Shown here in pieces: positions 28,517 through 38,824 of a stretch of 64,000 bases of DNA (position 1 is the stretch's first letter; each line of letters begins with the position of its first letter). The stretch is from a bacterium UBP11_UBA4055. Its GTDB lineage: Bacteria; UBA4055. The position numbers were made by a program, and so were the translations under genes. A model generated the notes under the pieces. It saw only the letters and a list, made by a program, of their open reading frames with translations. It was not told the DNA's origin and searched no databases. The stretch lies in the NCBI GenBank assembly GCA_002382735.1, contig DFZN01000039.1:24548-88547 (forward strand), read 5' to 3'.

Positions 28517-29941
28517 CTACAGGTATTTATAGAAAGCTTTGTAAGCTTTGTAAGTGTGATAGATGTCCGCTTTTGAAGCGACTTCGAACGGAGAATGCAT
28601 TGACAGGAGCGCTGTCCCGCAGTCAACGACATCCATGCCGTACTTGGCGAGATACTTGGCGATTGTTCCGCCGCCGCCCTGATCGACTTTTCCGAGCTCG
28701 GTCGTCTGCCAGAGAACCTTGTCTTTGTTAAAAGCCTTTCTGATATCGGCCACGAATTCGGCGTGCGCCTCGTTCGATCCGCCCTTTCCGCCCGATCCGG
28801 TGAATTTTGTCAGGCATACGCCAAAACCGATCTTGGCAGCGTTCATAGGTTCAAAAACGCTTTTCCATTCCGGATCGATACCGGCGTTCACATCGGATGA
28901 CAGCAGTTTTGAGTTCTCGAGAGCTTTGATAAGAGCGTTGTAATCGCCAACTCCGTAGAGCTGCATGATGTCGTTCACCATTCTTTCAACGATGTTCGAA
29001 TCAGCACCTGCGTTTCCTGCTGAACCGATCTCTTCCTTGTCGAAGAAAACCATCATGACATTTTTCTTGATCTCGGATTCTTTTATATCGAAAATCGCTT
29101 TCATTCCAAGATACGCACAGATCCTGTCGTCTTGACCGTGGGCACCGACGAAACTTCTGTCGAATCCGACATCTTTTGCCCCGCCTGCAGGAACAAGCTG
29201 AAGTTCGGCTGAAACGAAATCCTCTTCTTTGATCCCGTACTCTCTGTTCAAATGATCAAGTATAGCCAGTTTTATTGCGTCCTTGCCTGTTTTGAATTTG
29301 TAGGGGATCGAGCCTACCAATATATTGAGCTGTTCGCCTTCAACTACTGTAGCTGGAGTTTTTTTGTACTGATCCTGTGCAAGGTGCGGCAGAATGTCGT
29401 TGATCGTGAAAACGAAATCACCGGGTTTTTCTCCGATATTGACGCTTATGCTTTTTCCGTTTTCAGTTACTATCACTCCGTGGAGTGCCAGAGGCCTTGT
29501 CACCCACTGGTATTTTTTTATTCCCCCGTAGTAATGAGTTTTCATGTAGCCCATGTCTTCGGATTCATAAAGAGGGAACTGTTTGAGGTCTATTCTCGGT
29601 ACATCTATGTGAGCTCCGTTTATGAGAATCCCCTCTTTAAGTTTCTTTGGGTCTTTGATCACGGCTAAAGCCCCGCATACGCCGTCGTAGCTGAGGAAAA
29701 GTTTTTTGTCTGTTTTCTTTGCCTTCTTTATGTTTACAAAACCGAATTTTTTTGATAAATATTCGGCTGTAACCATCGTCTCTCTTTCGGTCTTGCTCAC
29801 ATCCAAAAACTTCTTGTAATCCTCGGACAGTGTCATTATCTCGTCAAATTCTTTTTTGGGAACATCTTCCCATCCGTTCTTTTTTTTGAACAGAAGCTTT
29901 TCGCCCAGCTTCTCGAGTTCACTTTTCTTTTCTTTTGCCAT
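28517..29941 (-). CDS. M18-family (aspartyl/aminopeptidase I-like) zinc aminopeptidase
   Basis: 474 aa. GAHIDVPRIDLK corresponds to the HTDSP...K motif, and VGAHGQDDRICAY is the Asp-rich metal-binding site. The C-terminal DVVDCGTALLSMHSPFE matches the M18 SMHSP signature. Confidence 0.65.
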   Translation of the reverse strand: MAKEKKSELEKLGEKLLFKKKNGWEDVPKKEFDEIMTLSEDYKKFLDVSKTERETMVTAEYLSKKFGFVNIKKAKKTDKKLFLSYDGVCGALAVIKDPKKLKEGILINGAHIDVPRIDLKQFPLYESEDMGYMKTHYYGGIKKYQWVTRPLALHGVIVTENGKSISVNIGEKPGDFVFTINDILPHLAQDQYKKTPATVVEGEQLNILVGSIPYKFKTGKDAIKLAILDHLNREYGIKEEDFVSAELQLVPAGGAKDVGFDRSFVGAHGQDDRICAYLGMKAIFDIKESEIKKNVMMVFFDKEEIGSAGNAGADSNIVERMVNDIMQLYGVGDYNALIKALENSKLLSSDVNAGIDPEWKSVFEPMNAAKIGFGVCLTKFTGSGGKGGSNEAHAEFVADIRKAFNKDKVLWQTTELGKVDQGGGGTIAKYLAKYGMDVVDCGTALLSMHSPFEVASKADIYHTYKAYKAFYKYL

Positions 29942-30016
29942 TTACTGCTCCTTATGTCAATTTATTAATTCCCAAGCCTCAAATTTAACCCGAAAGTCTA
30001 AAATAGTCAACATTTT

Positions 30017-30664
30017 TCATTTTCTTCTTGACGGGCAGTCTTTGACTTTACACTCGCCGCACTTTGGTCCGATCGGTCTGCATATAGTCTGCCCGAACGC
30101 GACAAGAAGGTCGTTTATCTCGCTCCAGTATTCCTTAGGTATTTTTTTCATGAGCGCGAATTCGGTCTCTTCCGGCGTTTTGGTCGAGACTGCTCCCCAC
30201 CGGTTCGAGATCCGTTGGACATGCGTATCTACGCATATGGTATCCTGCCCGTAACCGAGTGAGAGAACAAGATTTGCTGTTTTTCTACCGACTCCTTTGA
30301 AGTTCAGAAGATCGTCAAGTGAATCAGGCACTTTGGAATCGTACTTGTCTATCAGGATTCGGGATGTTTCGATTATCGTTTTAGCCTTGTTTTTGTAGAA
30401 TCCGACCGGGAATATCAGCTGCTGAATCTCTTCCTCGGTAAGCCTGACCATTTTTTTGGGAGTACCCGCTTTCTCGAACAGCCTGTAAGAAGCTTGAGCC
30501 GTTACTTCATCTTTTGTACGCAGAGAAAGTAATGTACTGATCAGAATTTTGTACGGATCTTTCGTCTGAAAGGAGATCAGAGTGACTATCGGCGCGTTCC
30601 ATTTCCTGTATTCTTCCCTGAGGGTCTTTATGTTCTCTATGAATTTATTTTTGTTCATTATCAA
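30017..30664 (-). CDS. nth: Endonuclease III (HhH-GPD DNA glycosylase with an Fe-S cluster)
   Basis: HhH-GPD motif [21 protein letters not shown]...VDTHV. The C-terminal cluster is [16 protein letters not shown]. Confidence 0.9.
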   Translation of the reverse strand: MIMNKNKFIENIKTLREEYRKWNAPIVTLISFQTKDPYKILISTLLSLRTKDEVTAQASYRLFEKAGTPKKMVRLTEEEIQQLIFPVGFYKNKAKTIIETSRILIDKYDSKVPDSLDDLLNFKGVGRKTANLVLSLGYGQDTICVDTHVQRISNRWGAVSTKTPEETEFALMKKIPKEYWSEINDLLVAFGQTICRPIGPKCGECKVKDCPSRRK

Positions 30665-30725
30665 ACCTTATTTGATTTTGTTTGTTAAATCTGTTAAATT
30701 TAGGAATAAATGAGGAAAAATTCCA

Positions 30726-31616
30726 ATGTTTAAAATCATTTTTCTTTCGATTCTTGCACTCTGTTTCTCGGTACTTTCATCTGACGATCCGCTTTTTTCA
30801 TTTTCAATATTTTCCGACAATACAGGCGACGGTAAAGACAGAAAAGAATTTGTGAGAATGACTGAATGGATAAAGTCTGACGGCGAAAATTTTGTGATCG
30901 GAATGGGCGATCATGTAAAAAAAGGTACTCCCAACAAATTTATTGAATTCTTAGCCTCAAACGAATGGTGGAGAAAGAATTTCTATCCGACTATAGCCGA
31001 TAATGATAATGAGTTCTTCGGGAAAGATCAGGCAGATTGGGGCGCGGGTAAAGCTTTATTCGATCTCACTGATATAAAAAGCAGAAGTAATGTTAAATTC
31101 AGCGATTCCGGTGCTGACTATTACGCAGTACTGACAGATAAAAGTATCAATGTGCATTTTATTTCGCTTCACTATCCCGATAAGCCTGACGATGATTCAC
31201 TGTGCTTCAGGAAAAGTTCAAGAGAATTCATGATGAAAACGCTTAAGAGCATAAAAAAGAAGGAGAGGGATATAATTATTATAGGTGCACATTCGAGGCT
31301 GGGTTACTGGCTTGATGTTCTTAACACTGAAGAGGCCGAACTTATTGATAAGAAAGCTGATCTTGTATTATCTGCTACCACGCATGTTTTTAACATATAT
31401 TCGGGTAACGGTTCTGACGGACCTCTCGTGACCAATACCGGCTCAATTACAAGACCAAGGCTGTGGAGTTCTCCCGGATTTGTTTCAGTTCAGGTTTTTG
31501 ATGAGCCCTTAAGGATAGATGTTTCGTACATCGACTGCTCAAAAGAAAAACCCTCGAGGCCATTAATGTTCTCGAGGGTCATCAAATACATAAACGGCAA
31601 GAATACTGTTTATTAA
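30726..31616 (+). CDS. Hypothetical secreted protein, possibly a metallophosphoesterase-like fold
   Basis: Signal peptide MFKIIFLSILALCFSVLS. Weak GDH/GAHS motifs are present. There is no firm family match. Confidence 0.35.
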   Translation: MFKIIFLSILALCFSVLSSDDPLFSFSIFSDNTGDGKDRKEFVRMTEWIKSDGENFVIGMGDHVKKGTPNKFIEFLASNEWWRKNFYPTIADNDNEFFGKDQADWGAGKALFDLTDIKSRSNVKFSDSGADYYAVLTDKSINVHFISLHYPDKPDDDSLCFRKSSREFMMKTLKSIKKKERDIIIIGAHSRLGYWLDVLNTEEAELIDKKADLVLSATTHVFNIYSGNGSDGPLVTNTGSITRPRLWSSPGFVSVQVFDEPLRIDVSYIDCSKEKPSRPLMFSRVIKYINGKNTVY

Positions 31617-32149
31617 GTGTATTTCCGTCTTAGGATCTCTGATACGATTATAGCGTTTTTAAGCTTGGTCCTTGTATTAAAGAGTTCATTTCTGATGGTC
31701 ATTTTCGGTGCAGTATCACGCTCGTGTTTCAGGTAAAATTCAGTATCCAGTCTTGTTTTCTCCTTTGCGGCGAAATTCTTTTCCGGATTGCGAAGTTCAT
31801 CGTAAGAAGTTTCGTAATCTCTTACTTTAGACCTGTTGGTTTCGTCGTGAGATCTCTCTGTTTCGGTATAGTGTGTCTCTTCGTGTTCCGATCCGGTATT
31901 ATATTGATCATCATAAGTGACCGGCTCGGGCTCCTTTACCTCATTCTGCTCAATATTCTTTAAAGAATTCAGCAGGCTTTTCAGATCGTTTACAGGCTGA
32001 GATGGCAGTTTTGGATCATATCCGTTCCTTTTTCCCGTATTCTGCACCGGTCTCGTACTTCTAAAATTTTCTTCAGCCTTCTTCTTCTTATTTTTCGAGA
32101 TCAGCGACGATATTATTATTATGATAATAAAAACGAATATATTTTCCAT
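31613..32149 (-). CDS. Hypothetical membrane-anchored, highly charged protein
   Basis: The N-terminal transmembrane segment is IFVFIIIIIISSLI. The rest is a low-complexity E/K/T-rich region. Confidence 0.4.
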   Translation of the reverse strand: MENIFVFIIIIIISSLISKNKKKKAEENFRSTRPVQNTGKRNGYDPKLPSQPVNDLKSLLNSLKNIEQNEVKEPEPVTYDDQYNTGSEHEETHYTETERSHDETNRSKVRDYETSYDELRNPEKNFAAKEKTRLDTEFYLKHERDTAPKMTIRNELFNTRTKLKNAIIVSEILRRKYT

Positions 32150-32183
32150 AGCAGACCGCCGTTTTATTTATACTTAATTATGC

Positions 32184-33164
32184 CTATTTACTGTCTCCAG
32201 GATCTGAAATGTTCTCTCTCATTGCAGTGTCGGCCTGAATGTTCTTCATCCTGTAATAGTCCATGATACCCATATTTCCTGATCTGAACGCTTCAGCCAT
32301 AGCCAGAGGAACCTGAGCTTCAGCTTCAACGACTTTTGAACGCATTTCTACTACTCTCGCCTTCATCTCCTGTTCTTCGGCAACAGCCATAGCTCTTCTG
32401 GTCTCAGCTTTAGCCTGAGCGACCTTAAGATCCGATGTCGCCTGATCGGCCTGAAGTTCAGCACCGACATTCTTTCCTACATCAACATCAGCAATATCGA
32501 TGGAAAGTATCTCGAAAGCAGTTCCCGCATCAAGTCCCTTATCGAGTACTTTTTTCGAAATATAGTCAGGATTCTCAAGTACGACCTTGTAAGTTTCCGA
32601 TGAGCCGATCGCGGATACGATCCCCTCTCCGACCCTTGCTATGATAGTTTCTTCCGTAGCGCCTCCGACAAGAGTCTGAATATTCGTTCTTACAGTCACT
32701 CTGGCTTTAGCGTAAAGCTGGATTCCGTCTTTTGCCACTGCTCCGATCTTACCTGTAACAGGCGCATCGATCACCCTGGGATTGACGGAAGTCTGAATAG
32801 CTTCCAGTATATTCCTTCCGGCAAGGTCGATCCCGCAGGCCATCTGGAAATCAAGTGCGATGTTAGCTTTGTCAGCCGCAATAAGAGCTGTAACCACCCT
32901 CAGAACATTTCCTCCTGAGAGATAGTGCGTCTCCAGATCATTTGTGGTGAGCGGCAATCCGGCCTTGACCGCAGTTATAAGCGCATTGACAATAACTGCC
33001 GGGGGAACTTTTCTCAGCCTCATTCCGACTAATGATCCGAGAGAAACTTTTACGCCTGCAAAAAGCGCATTGATCCACAGAGGGATCGGTACGAACGAAA
33101 TGAAGATTGATAGTACTATGAGGGATAAAATCCCTACAACGATGACGATTACTGGTGTCGGCAT
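32184..33164 (-). CDS. floA: Flotillin-like protein FloA (SPFH/Band 7 family)
   Basis: N-terminal transmembrane segment and an SPFH core. The A/E-rich C-terminal helix reads [35 protein letters not shown]. The gene lies immediately downstream of nfeD. Confidence 0.8.
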   Translation of the reverse strand: MPTPVIVIVVGILSLIVLSIFISFVPIPLWINALFAGVKVSLGSLVGMRLRKVPPAVIVNALITAVKAGLPLTTNDLETHYLSGGNVLRVVTALIAADKANIALDFQMACGIDLAGRNILEAIQTSVNPRVIDAPVTGKIGAVAKDGIQLYAKARVTVRTNIQTLVGGATEETIIARVGEGIVSAIGSSETYKVVLENPDYISKKVLDKGLDAGTAFEILSIDIADVDVGKNVGAELQADQATSDLKVAQAKAETRRAMAVAEEQEMKARVVEMRSKVVEAEAQVPLAMAEAFRSGNMGIMDYYRMKNIQADTAMRENISDPGDSK

Positions 33165-33180
33165 GTGAGCCTCCTTTTAT

Positions 33181-34488
33181 TTAAATTTCCTCTTTTACAA
33201 CCACGATTCTGTTGCCTTCGACTTTTGACACTTTTACCCGTTCTCCGGCGTTAATATATTCATTTGCCGATACCGCCTGATAAACCTCATTTTCTATCTC
33301 GATCTTTCCGCTGAGCCTTAGATCTGTAACAGCTTTACCTGTTTTTCCCGCCAGGACAGCAAGATGTAGAGAATCTTTAACACCCGCACCTTTCTCTTGT
33401 TGTTTTCGTACGATAAGAAAATCCAGAAATTTCGCATCCGGAAGGTATTTAGCCATGAAATACAATCCTACAAGCGACAGTATGAAAGAACCGCTCAGGA
33501 CAGCACCCGCATTTAGAAAATCGTCAAGCGTGGGATTGTCTCCGACCAGAGTCATAAAGAACGATGCTCCGATTGCTAAAAGTCCGAGTATCCCTGTCAC
33601 ACCGAACCCCGGCACGACGAGTATTTCAATCAGCAGAAGTATCAATCCTGCGAGAAACACTATCACTTCAATGTGATCGGCCATGTCAATTACATAGTGC
33701 GAGCCGAAGAAAAGAACAAGTGCTATCAGTCCGACCGTTCCGCCTACTCCCCAGCCTGCCGTCTTAACCTCAAATATCAGACCGAGAAAAGCCAGAGTGA
33801 TCAGAAGCGAACTGATTATGGGATTGGTGAGGAATCTGACTATCCTTTCCGCGATCGAAATAGTTGTCTCTGAAATCTCGGAAGAAGTTATTCCGAGATA
33901 CCGGAAAAGTTCTTCGTCGTCATGGACTATCTTGTCGCACATTTTAAGTTCAAGTGCTTCTTTTGCAGTCAGAGTAAGGAGTTTCCCCTTTTCCGTGACA
34001 CCTTCGATCTCTATATCTTCATCCACCATCGCCCTTGCTATATCCTTGCTTCTTCCGTTGAGCTCTGCGGTCGAACCTATCTCTGAACGGAAATAAGACT
34101 GATTCTTCTCTGACTGTTTTTCGCCTTCCTGATTCACAACGGTAGCGGCACCGATTGTACTTCCTTCAGCCATCACGATCTTCTTACAACTTAATGATAT
34201 CAGGGCGCCTGCGCTTATAGCCCTCTTGTTTATATATGCGACCGTCTCTATCGGAGAATTAAGTATGTGATCTTTTATCTTCGTCGCGCTGTCAACCCTT
34301 CCCCCGAATGTATTGATATCGAATATGATCAGGTTCGAACCACCCTTGACGGCAGTACTTATGCTGCGCTCTATATAGAAAGCCAAGCCGTTATCTATCA
34401 TGCCCTCAACTTTTATCCTGGTCGCCTGAGCCGGGAAAAGGTAAGAGAACAAGATAAGCACTAAAACCGCTGAAGCATATTTTTTCAT
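33181..34488 (-). CDS. NfeD-family membrane-bound ClpP-class serine protease
   Basis: N-terminal ClpP-like domain (IIFDINTFGGRVDSATKI…AISAGALISL), then central transmembrane helices, then a C-terminal OB-fold. This is the canonical partner of floA. Confidence 0.75.
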   Translation of the reverse strand: MKKYASAVLVLILFSYLFPAQATRIKVEGMIDNGLAFYIERSISTAVKGGSNLIIFDINTFGGRVDSATKIKDHILNSPIETVAYINKRAISAGALISLSCKKIVMAEGSTIGAATVVNQEGEKQSEKNQSYFRSEIGSTAELNGRSKDIARAMVDEDIEIEGVTEKGKLLTLTAKEALELKMCDKIVHDDEELFRYLGITSSEISETTISIAERIVRFLTNPIISSLLITLAFLGLIFEVKTAGWGVGGTVGLIALVLFFGSHYVIDMADHIEVIVFLAGLILLLIEILVVPGFGVTGILGLLAIGASFFMTLVGDNPTLDDFLNAGAVLSGSFILSLVGLYFMAKYLPDAKFLDFLIVRKQQEKGAGVKDSLHLAVLAGKTGKAVTDLRLSGKIEIENEVYQAVSANEYINAGERVKVSKVEGNRIVVVKEEI

Positions 34489-34506
34489 AAATTCTCCCTA
34501 TGATGT

Positions 34507-35484
34507 TTAATATTGCACTGCTCTGACTTCTTTAGCCGAGTATTCCCATTCAAGAGTAAGATTAGTTTCGACCTTTACGGGTATTTTATTAGTAATATTA
34601 TCCAGTTCGCGGGCATCTGCAGTAACTGAGAAATCGTCGGATGTCACATTCTGCAGTTCACTCACAGGTCCTACAACTGTTATATCAACGGCTATCGGAT
34701 CAAGAAGGATATTCATGCTTTCCGGCTTGTTCGTTATCCTGATCGGTGCTTTAAAGGTAACTGAACCCTTTCTGACCACTTCCTGGCTGATCGTAACGCT
34801 TTTTTCAGAATAGATCAGTCTTCCCGGGTCAGTAAGTATGAGATCCAGCTCCTTAGAGAATCCGGCCGTTACATCTTCTTCTCTTATGCTTAAAGTACGG
34901 ACATTTTTGACGAGCCTGACTTTAGATTCAGGACCCCTGATCGTAACAGAATCCGGCTGCATTCTGAATTTTCCGGAAGTTACATAACCCGGCGCGGGTG
35001 TAAATTTGTAATCAAGGATGACCGGAACTCTTGTCACCATCAGATCGTCGTAAACAACATTTATTTCCTGAGGATGAAATATAAAAAGCGGTTCAAGTTC
35101 CGTTCCTGAAGAATTTACGAAATAATCCATGTTGATCTTTATCGTGGCAGAATCGGTAAATGTTGAACCGTCAATTTCAAAATATACATCTTTTGAAAAA
35201 TCCGACATCAGGATGTTTTTACCTTTCGATCTGATCTTTATTCTCGCTTTTTCAGGAATCGGATTGAGAAGAGTCTTTCCTGAAACAATATTATTTAGCC
35301 TTATCGGGATATCAACGGTCGTTTCAAAGTCCTTCTGTAAGTTAATATTGAGCCATAAAGCAATACCGATTATCAGAAATATGATTTTCAAAGCAAAGTT
35401 AACCTTAACAGAGTCATAAATTCTTCTGGTCAGCCTAACAGTTGGACTTTTACTCAAAATCTTTTTGCCCTTATTCATATCCAA
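34507..35484 (-). CDS. Hypothetical membrane-anchored beta-rich protein (possibly a YbbR-like repeat)
   Basis: N-terminal transmembrane segment IIFLIIGIALWLNI. Repeated beta-strand-rich ~80-aa units follow. There are no catalytic motifs. Confidence 0.35.
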   Translation of the reverse strand: MDMNKGKKILSKSPTVRLTRRIYDSVKVNFALKIIFLIIGIALWLNINLQKDFETTVDIPIRLNNIVSGKTLLNPIPEKARIKIRSKGKNILMSDFSKDVYFEIDGSTFTDSATIKINMDYFVNSSGTELEPLFIFHPQEINVVYDDLMVTRVPVILDYKFTPAPGYVTSGKFRMQPDSVTIRGPESKVRLVKNVRTLSIREEDVTAGFSKELDLILTDPGRLIYSEKSVTISQEVVRKGSVTFKAPIRITNKPESMNILLDPIAVDITVVGPVSELQNVTSDDFSVTADARELDNITNKIPVKVETNLTLEWEYSAKEVRAVQY

Positions 35485-35580
35485 AGCATTTTCCCCGAAA
35501 TATTTCGTTGAATATAAAATTACTGTATTTTAAAGCCGATGTAAAGGTTTAAATTAGATATTTTTCTCAAATTATTTACT

Positions 35581-35608
35581 TTGAAGTAAGAGAAAAATTA
35601 CTTATATT
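35581..35608 (+). promoter_or_regulatory. Sigma70-like promoter for the thi operon
   Basis: TTGAAG, a 16-nt spacer, then TATATT. It lies just upstream of the TPP riboswitch. Confidence 0.45.
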
Positions 35609-35617
35609 CTGCATTCG

Positions 35618-35700
35618 GCCCTGGGGGTGCCTTGTAAAGGCTGAGAGGGAAGTTTCCCGACCCTTGGAACCTGATTCGGATAATACCGACGGAGGAAAGC
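35618..35700 (+). promoter_or_regulatory. TPP (THI-box) riboswitch in the thiS leader
   Basis: ggggugcc…ggCUGAGAgggaag…cgACCCUUgGAACCUGAUucGGAUAAUaCCgacggagGAAAgc carries the conserved CUGAGA, ACCCUU-GAACCUGAU and GGAUAAU blocks. The thiS Shine-Dalgarno sequence (ggagga) is embedded in the 3' part. Confidence 0.85.
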
Positions 35701-35704
35701 GGCG

Positions 35705-35902
35705 ATGGAAATTATTTTAAACGGCATATCTTACAGAACAAATTCAGAAAGCATATTCGGACTGATAACTGAAAAAGGTCTTAACCCTTCGACCGTTGTT
35801 GTTGAATTTAACGGCAGTGTCCTGAAAAAAGAATTCTGGAAAGATCAGACCATAGCTGAAAACGACAGGATCGAAGTCTTAAATTTTGTGGGCGGCGGAT
35901 AA
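35705..35902 (+). CDS. thiS: Sulfur carrier protein ThiS
   Basis: 65 aa, ending in ...VLNFVGGG (the Gly-Gly C-terminus). It sits directly upstream of thiG. Confidence 0.85.
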   Translation: MEIILNGISYRTNSESIFGLITEKGLNPSTVVVEFNGSVLKKEFWKDQTIAENDRIEVLNFVGGG

Positions 35903-36669
35903 TGAACGATATTCTGAAAATAGGCGGCAGGGAGTTTACTAACAGGCTTTTTACTGGAACGGGAAAGTTCAGATCGAGAAGTCTTATACCTGAAATGCTT
36001 AAAGCGAGCGGATCGGAGATGATAACCGTGGCTTTGAGAAGAGTGGATTTTGATGCGGGTAACGAAAACATACTCGAATTTATTCCGAAACACATTACAC
36101 TTTTACCGAACACTTCCGGCGCAAGGAACTGCGATGAGGCTGTCAGGATCGCAAGGATCGCAAGAGAAGCCGGAATGGGCGATTTTATCAAGATCGAGAT
36201 AATCACTGAAACAAAATATCTTATGCCCGACAACGATGAGACTTTGAAGGCTACGAAGATACTTGCGGCTGAAGGTTTTATTGTCCTTCCTTATGTTATG
36301 CCTGATCTGACCTATTCATATAAGCTTGTTGACGCGGGAGCCGCCGCTGTTATGCCGCTTGGTTCTGCGATAGGATCGAACAGAGGACTGAAGATGAAAG
36401 AGATCATAGAGATGATCATCGAGAACATTGACCTTCCCGTCGTCGTGGACGCGGGGATCGGCAGGCCGTCACAGGCGGCGGAGGCCATGGAGCTCGGCGC
36501 GGACGCTGTTCTGGTCAACACCGCCATATCCATAGCTGATGATCCCGTGGGTATGGGCAGGGCTTTTTCGATGGCGGTGCAGGCCGGCAGGCTGGCCTAT
36601 CTTGCACGCATGGGTGAAGAAAGTAAAACAGCGAACGCTTCGAGCCCCCTGACGGGCTTTTTAAGATAA
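35902..36669 (+). CDS. thiG: Thiazole synthase ThiG
   Basis: 255-aa TIM-barrel ORF. Diagnostic segments are [13 protein letters not shown] and [30 protein letters not shown]. Confidence 0.9.
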   Translation: MNDILKIGGREFTNRLFTGTGKFRSRSLIPEMLKASGSEMITVALRRVDFDAGNENILEFIPKHITLLPNTSGARNCDEAVRIARIAREAGMGDFIKIEIITETKYLMPDNDETLKATKILAAEGFIVLPYVMPDLTYSYKLVDAGAAAVMPLGSAIGSNRGLKMKEIIEMIIENIDLPVVVDAGIGRPSQAAEAMELGADAVLVNTAISIADDPVGMGRAFSMAVQAGRLAYLARMGEESKTANASSPLTGFLR

Positions 36670-36677
36670 GGATAATT

Positions 36678-37787
36678 ATGTCTTTTTTACATGAACTTGA
36701 AAAATATGAAAATTTCGATTTTGAGGGATATTTTAACTCAGTTACGGCCGATGATGTAAAAAAGAGCATCGGAAAGGAAAAGCCGGGAGCAAATGACATG
36801 CTCAATCTGCTCTCCCCCGCCGCCGAGGAATTTCTCGAAGAAATGGCTAAACGGTCACACTTACTTACAATGCAGTATTTCGGGGGAACGATATCCCTAT
36901 ACATTCCGCTCTACATCTCGAACTACTGCTCGAACGGCTGCGTTTACTGCGGGTTTTCTGCCGGCAACAAGATCCCGAGGAAAATGCTTTCAATGGAAGA
37001 GATCGAAACGGAAGCTCTGTCGATTAAAAAGACGGGAATTAAGCATCTTCTCGTTCTGACGGGAGAAGCTGAGGAAAAGGCTGGTTTTGATTATATTAAA
37101 CCTGCAATAGAGCTTCTTTCTAAACATTTTCCTTCGATCTCTGTAGAAATGTTCCCGATGAGCACTGAGCAGTACGCCGAACTTAAGAAATGCGGCGTTG
37201 ACGGGCTGACTGTTTATCAGGAGGTTAACGACAGGACAATTTACGCTCAAGTGCATCCTTTCGGCAGAAAATCCGACTACAACTGGCGGCTTGAATGTCC
37301 GGAAAGAGGCGCGAAAGCCGGATTCCGGCTTATCAATATCGGCGCTCTTTACGGGCTCGGCGATGTCAGGAAGGAAGCATTCTTCAACGCTATGCATGCA
37401 AAATACCTTGACGATAAATATCCCGACACCGAGATCGCCGTTTCCTTTCCGAGAATAAATCATTCGGAAGGGAACTTCAAGCCGCAGCACAGGCTTTCGG
37501 ACAGATCATTCGTTCAGTTCCTGACCGCATTCCGCATTTTTCTTCCCAGGGTGGGGCTTAATGTCTCAACGAGAGAGAAAGCCGACTTCAGGGACAACCT
37601 TTTGCCGTTAGGCATTACGAGAATGTCGGCGGGATCAATAACTTCCGTGGGCGGCTACGCAGAATCGGAAGAGGACGATGTCCCGCAGTTCGATATTTCA
37701 GACAACCGCAGCGTAACGGAAACGATCTCGATGATAAAACAGAAGGGCTATCAGCCTGTATTAAAAGACTGGGAAATGATAAAATGA
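36678..37787 (+). CDS. thiH: 2-iminoacetate synthase ThiH (radical SAM)
   Basis: The radical SAM cluster motif is CSNGCVYCGF. Length is 369 aa, and the gene lies between thiG and thiE. Confidence 0.85.
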   Translation: MSFLHELEKYENFDFEGYFNSVTADDVKKSIGKEKPGANDMLNLLSPAAEEFLEEMAKRSHLLTMQYFGGTISLYIPLYISNYCSNGCVYCGFSAGNKIPRKMLSMEEIETEALSIKKTGIKHLLVLTGEAEEKAGFDYIKPAIELLSKHFPSISVEMFPMSTEQYAELKKCGVDGLTVYQEVNDRTIYAQVHPFGRKSDYNWRLECPERGAKAGFRLINIGALYGLGDVRKEAFFNAMHAKYLDDKYPDTEIAVSFPRINHSEGNFKPQHRLSDRSFVQFLTAFRIFLPRVGLNVSTREKADFRDNLLPLGITRMSAGSITSVGGYAESEEDDVPQFDISDNRSVTETISMIKQKGYQPVLKDWEMIK

Positions 37788-38824
37788 ACAACAGCTACAG
37801 AATAATCGACGCCAATGTAAACCGCGCAGCTGAAGGTCTTAGAGCGCTTGAGGATCATTTCAGGTTCGTCAAGAACGATAAACTAATAAATGAAAACCTT
37901 CGTGATCTCCGGCACAGAGTCAGAGAATCCCTCAAGCATCTCGACGGAATTCTGATCTCAAGCAGGGAATCATCGAACGACAACGGTCTTGAAATATCCC
38001 AGAATTCCGGAAACGACAAAAAGACTTCCGAAAAAGAGATAATAGCGGCAAATTTCAAAAGAGTTCAGGAGGCACTCAGAAGTATCGAGGAGAACCTCAA
38101 TCTTACAGGAAATTACGGTGAAGCAAAAATATTCGAAAGGATCAGGTTCGATGTTTACACTCTGGAAAGAACCGCTCTCGGAGTTATCAAAAAAAACCTG
38201 CCTGAAGGTCTCTACTGCATAACCGCTGAAGAATTTTCCAACGGCAGAAGCAATGTCGAAGTCGTAAAAGAAATGCTTGAAGCAGGGATTAAGATCATTC
38301 AGTACCGCGAAAAAGAGGAAAGAAAAACCAGAAAGCAAATGATCGCTGAATGCAGAGAGATCAGAAAGCTGACAAGAGAGCACGGAGCTTTATTCATTGT
38401 GAATGATTTTCTGGATATCGCGATAATTTGTGAAGCCGACGGAATTCACTGCGGACAGGACGACATGTCGGTTCAGGATGTGAAAAAACTCGCTCCACAT
38501 CTCATGGTCGGAATTTCAACTCATTCTCCGGATCAGGCACCAAAAGCAGTTGAGGACGGAGCGGATTACATCGGTGTGGGGCCGATATTCTCGACTAAAA
38601 CAAAGAAAAATGTCTGTGATGCTGTCGGCTTTGAATATCTTGAATTCGCTGTCAAAAACATAAAGATCCCGTTCGTAGCTATCGGAGGTATAAAAGAACA
38701 CAATATCGGAGAAGTGGTCAAAAGAGGCGCGAAAATAATAGCATTGGTCACTGAGATCGTCGGCGCGGAAAACATAAAAGAGAAGATCGGAAATTTAAAT
38801 AATAAATTAAAGGATATAAGATGA
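37784..38824 (+). CDS. thiE: Thiamine-phosphate synthase ThiE with a ~140-aa N-terminal extension of unknown function
   Basis: The C-terminal ~205 aa carry ThiE motifs (…LYCITAEEF…, [48 protein letters not shown]). The N-terminal residues 1-140 ([28 protein letters not shown]…) contain no motifs I recognise. Confidence 0.75.
   Translation: MNNSYRIIDANVNRAAEGLRALEDHFRFVKNDKLINENLRDLRHRVRESLKHLDGILISSRESSNDNGLEISQNSGNDKKTSEKEIIAANFKRVQEALRSIEENLNLTGNYGEAKIFERIRFDVYTLERTALGVIKKNLPEGLYCITAEEFSNGRSNVEVVKEMLEAGIKIIQYREKEERKTRKQMIAECREIRKLTREHGALFIVNDFLDIAIICEADGIHCGQDDMSVQDVKKLAPHLMVGISTHSPDQAPKAVEDGADYIGVGPIFSTKTKKNVCDAVGFEYLEFAVKNIKIPFVAIGGIKEHNIGEVVKRGAKIIALVTEIVGAENIKEKIGNLNNKLKDIR

Noticed and set aside
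35808-36904. Several minus-strand ORFs of 73-141 aa overlapping thiS, thiG and thiH
   Set aside because: They are antisense to a conserved operon with clear protein motifs on the plus strand, so they are spurious.
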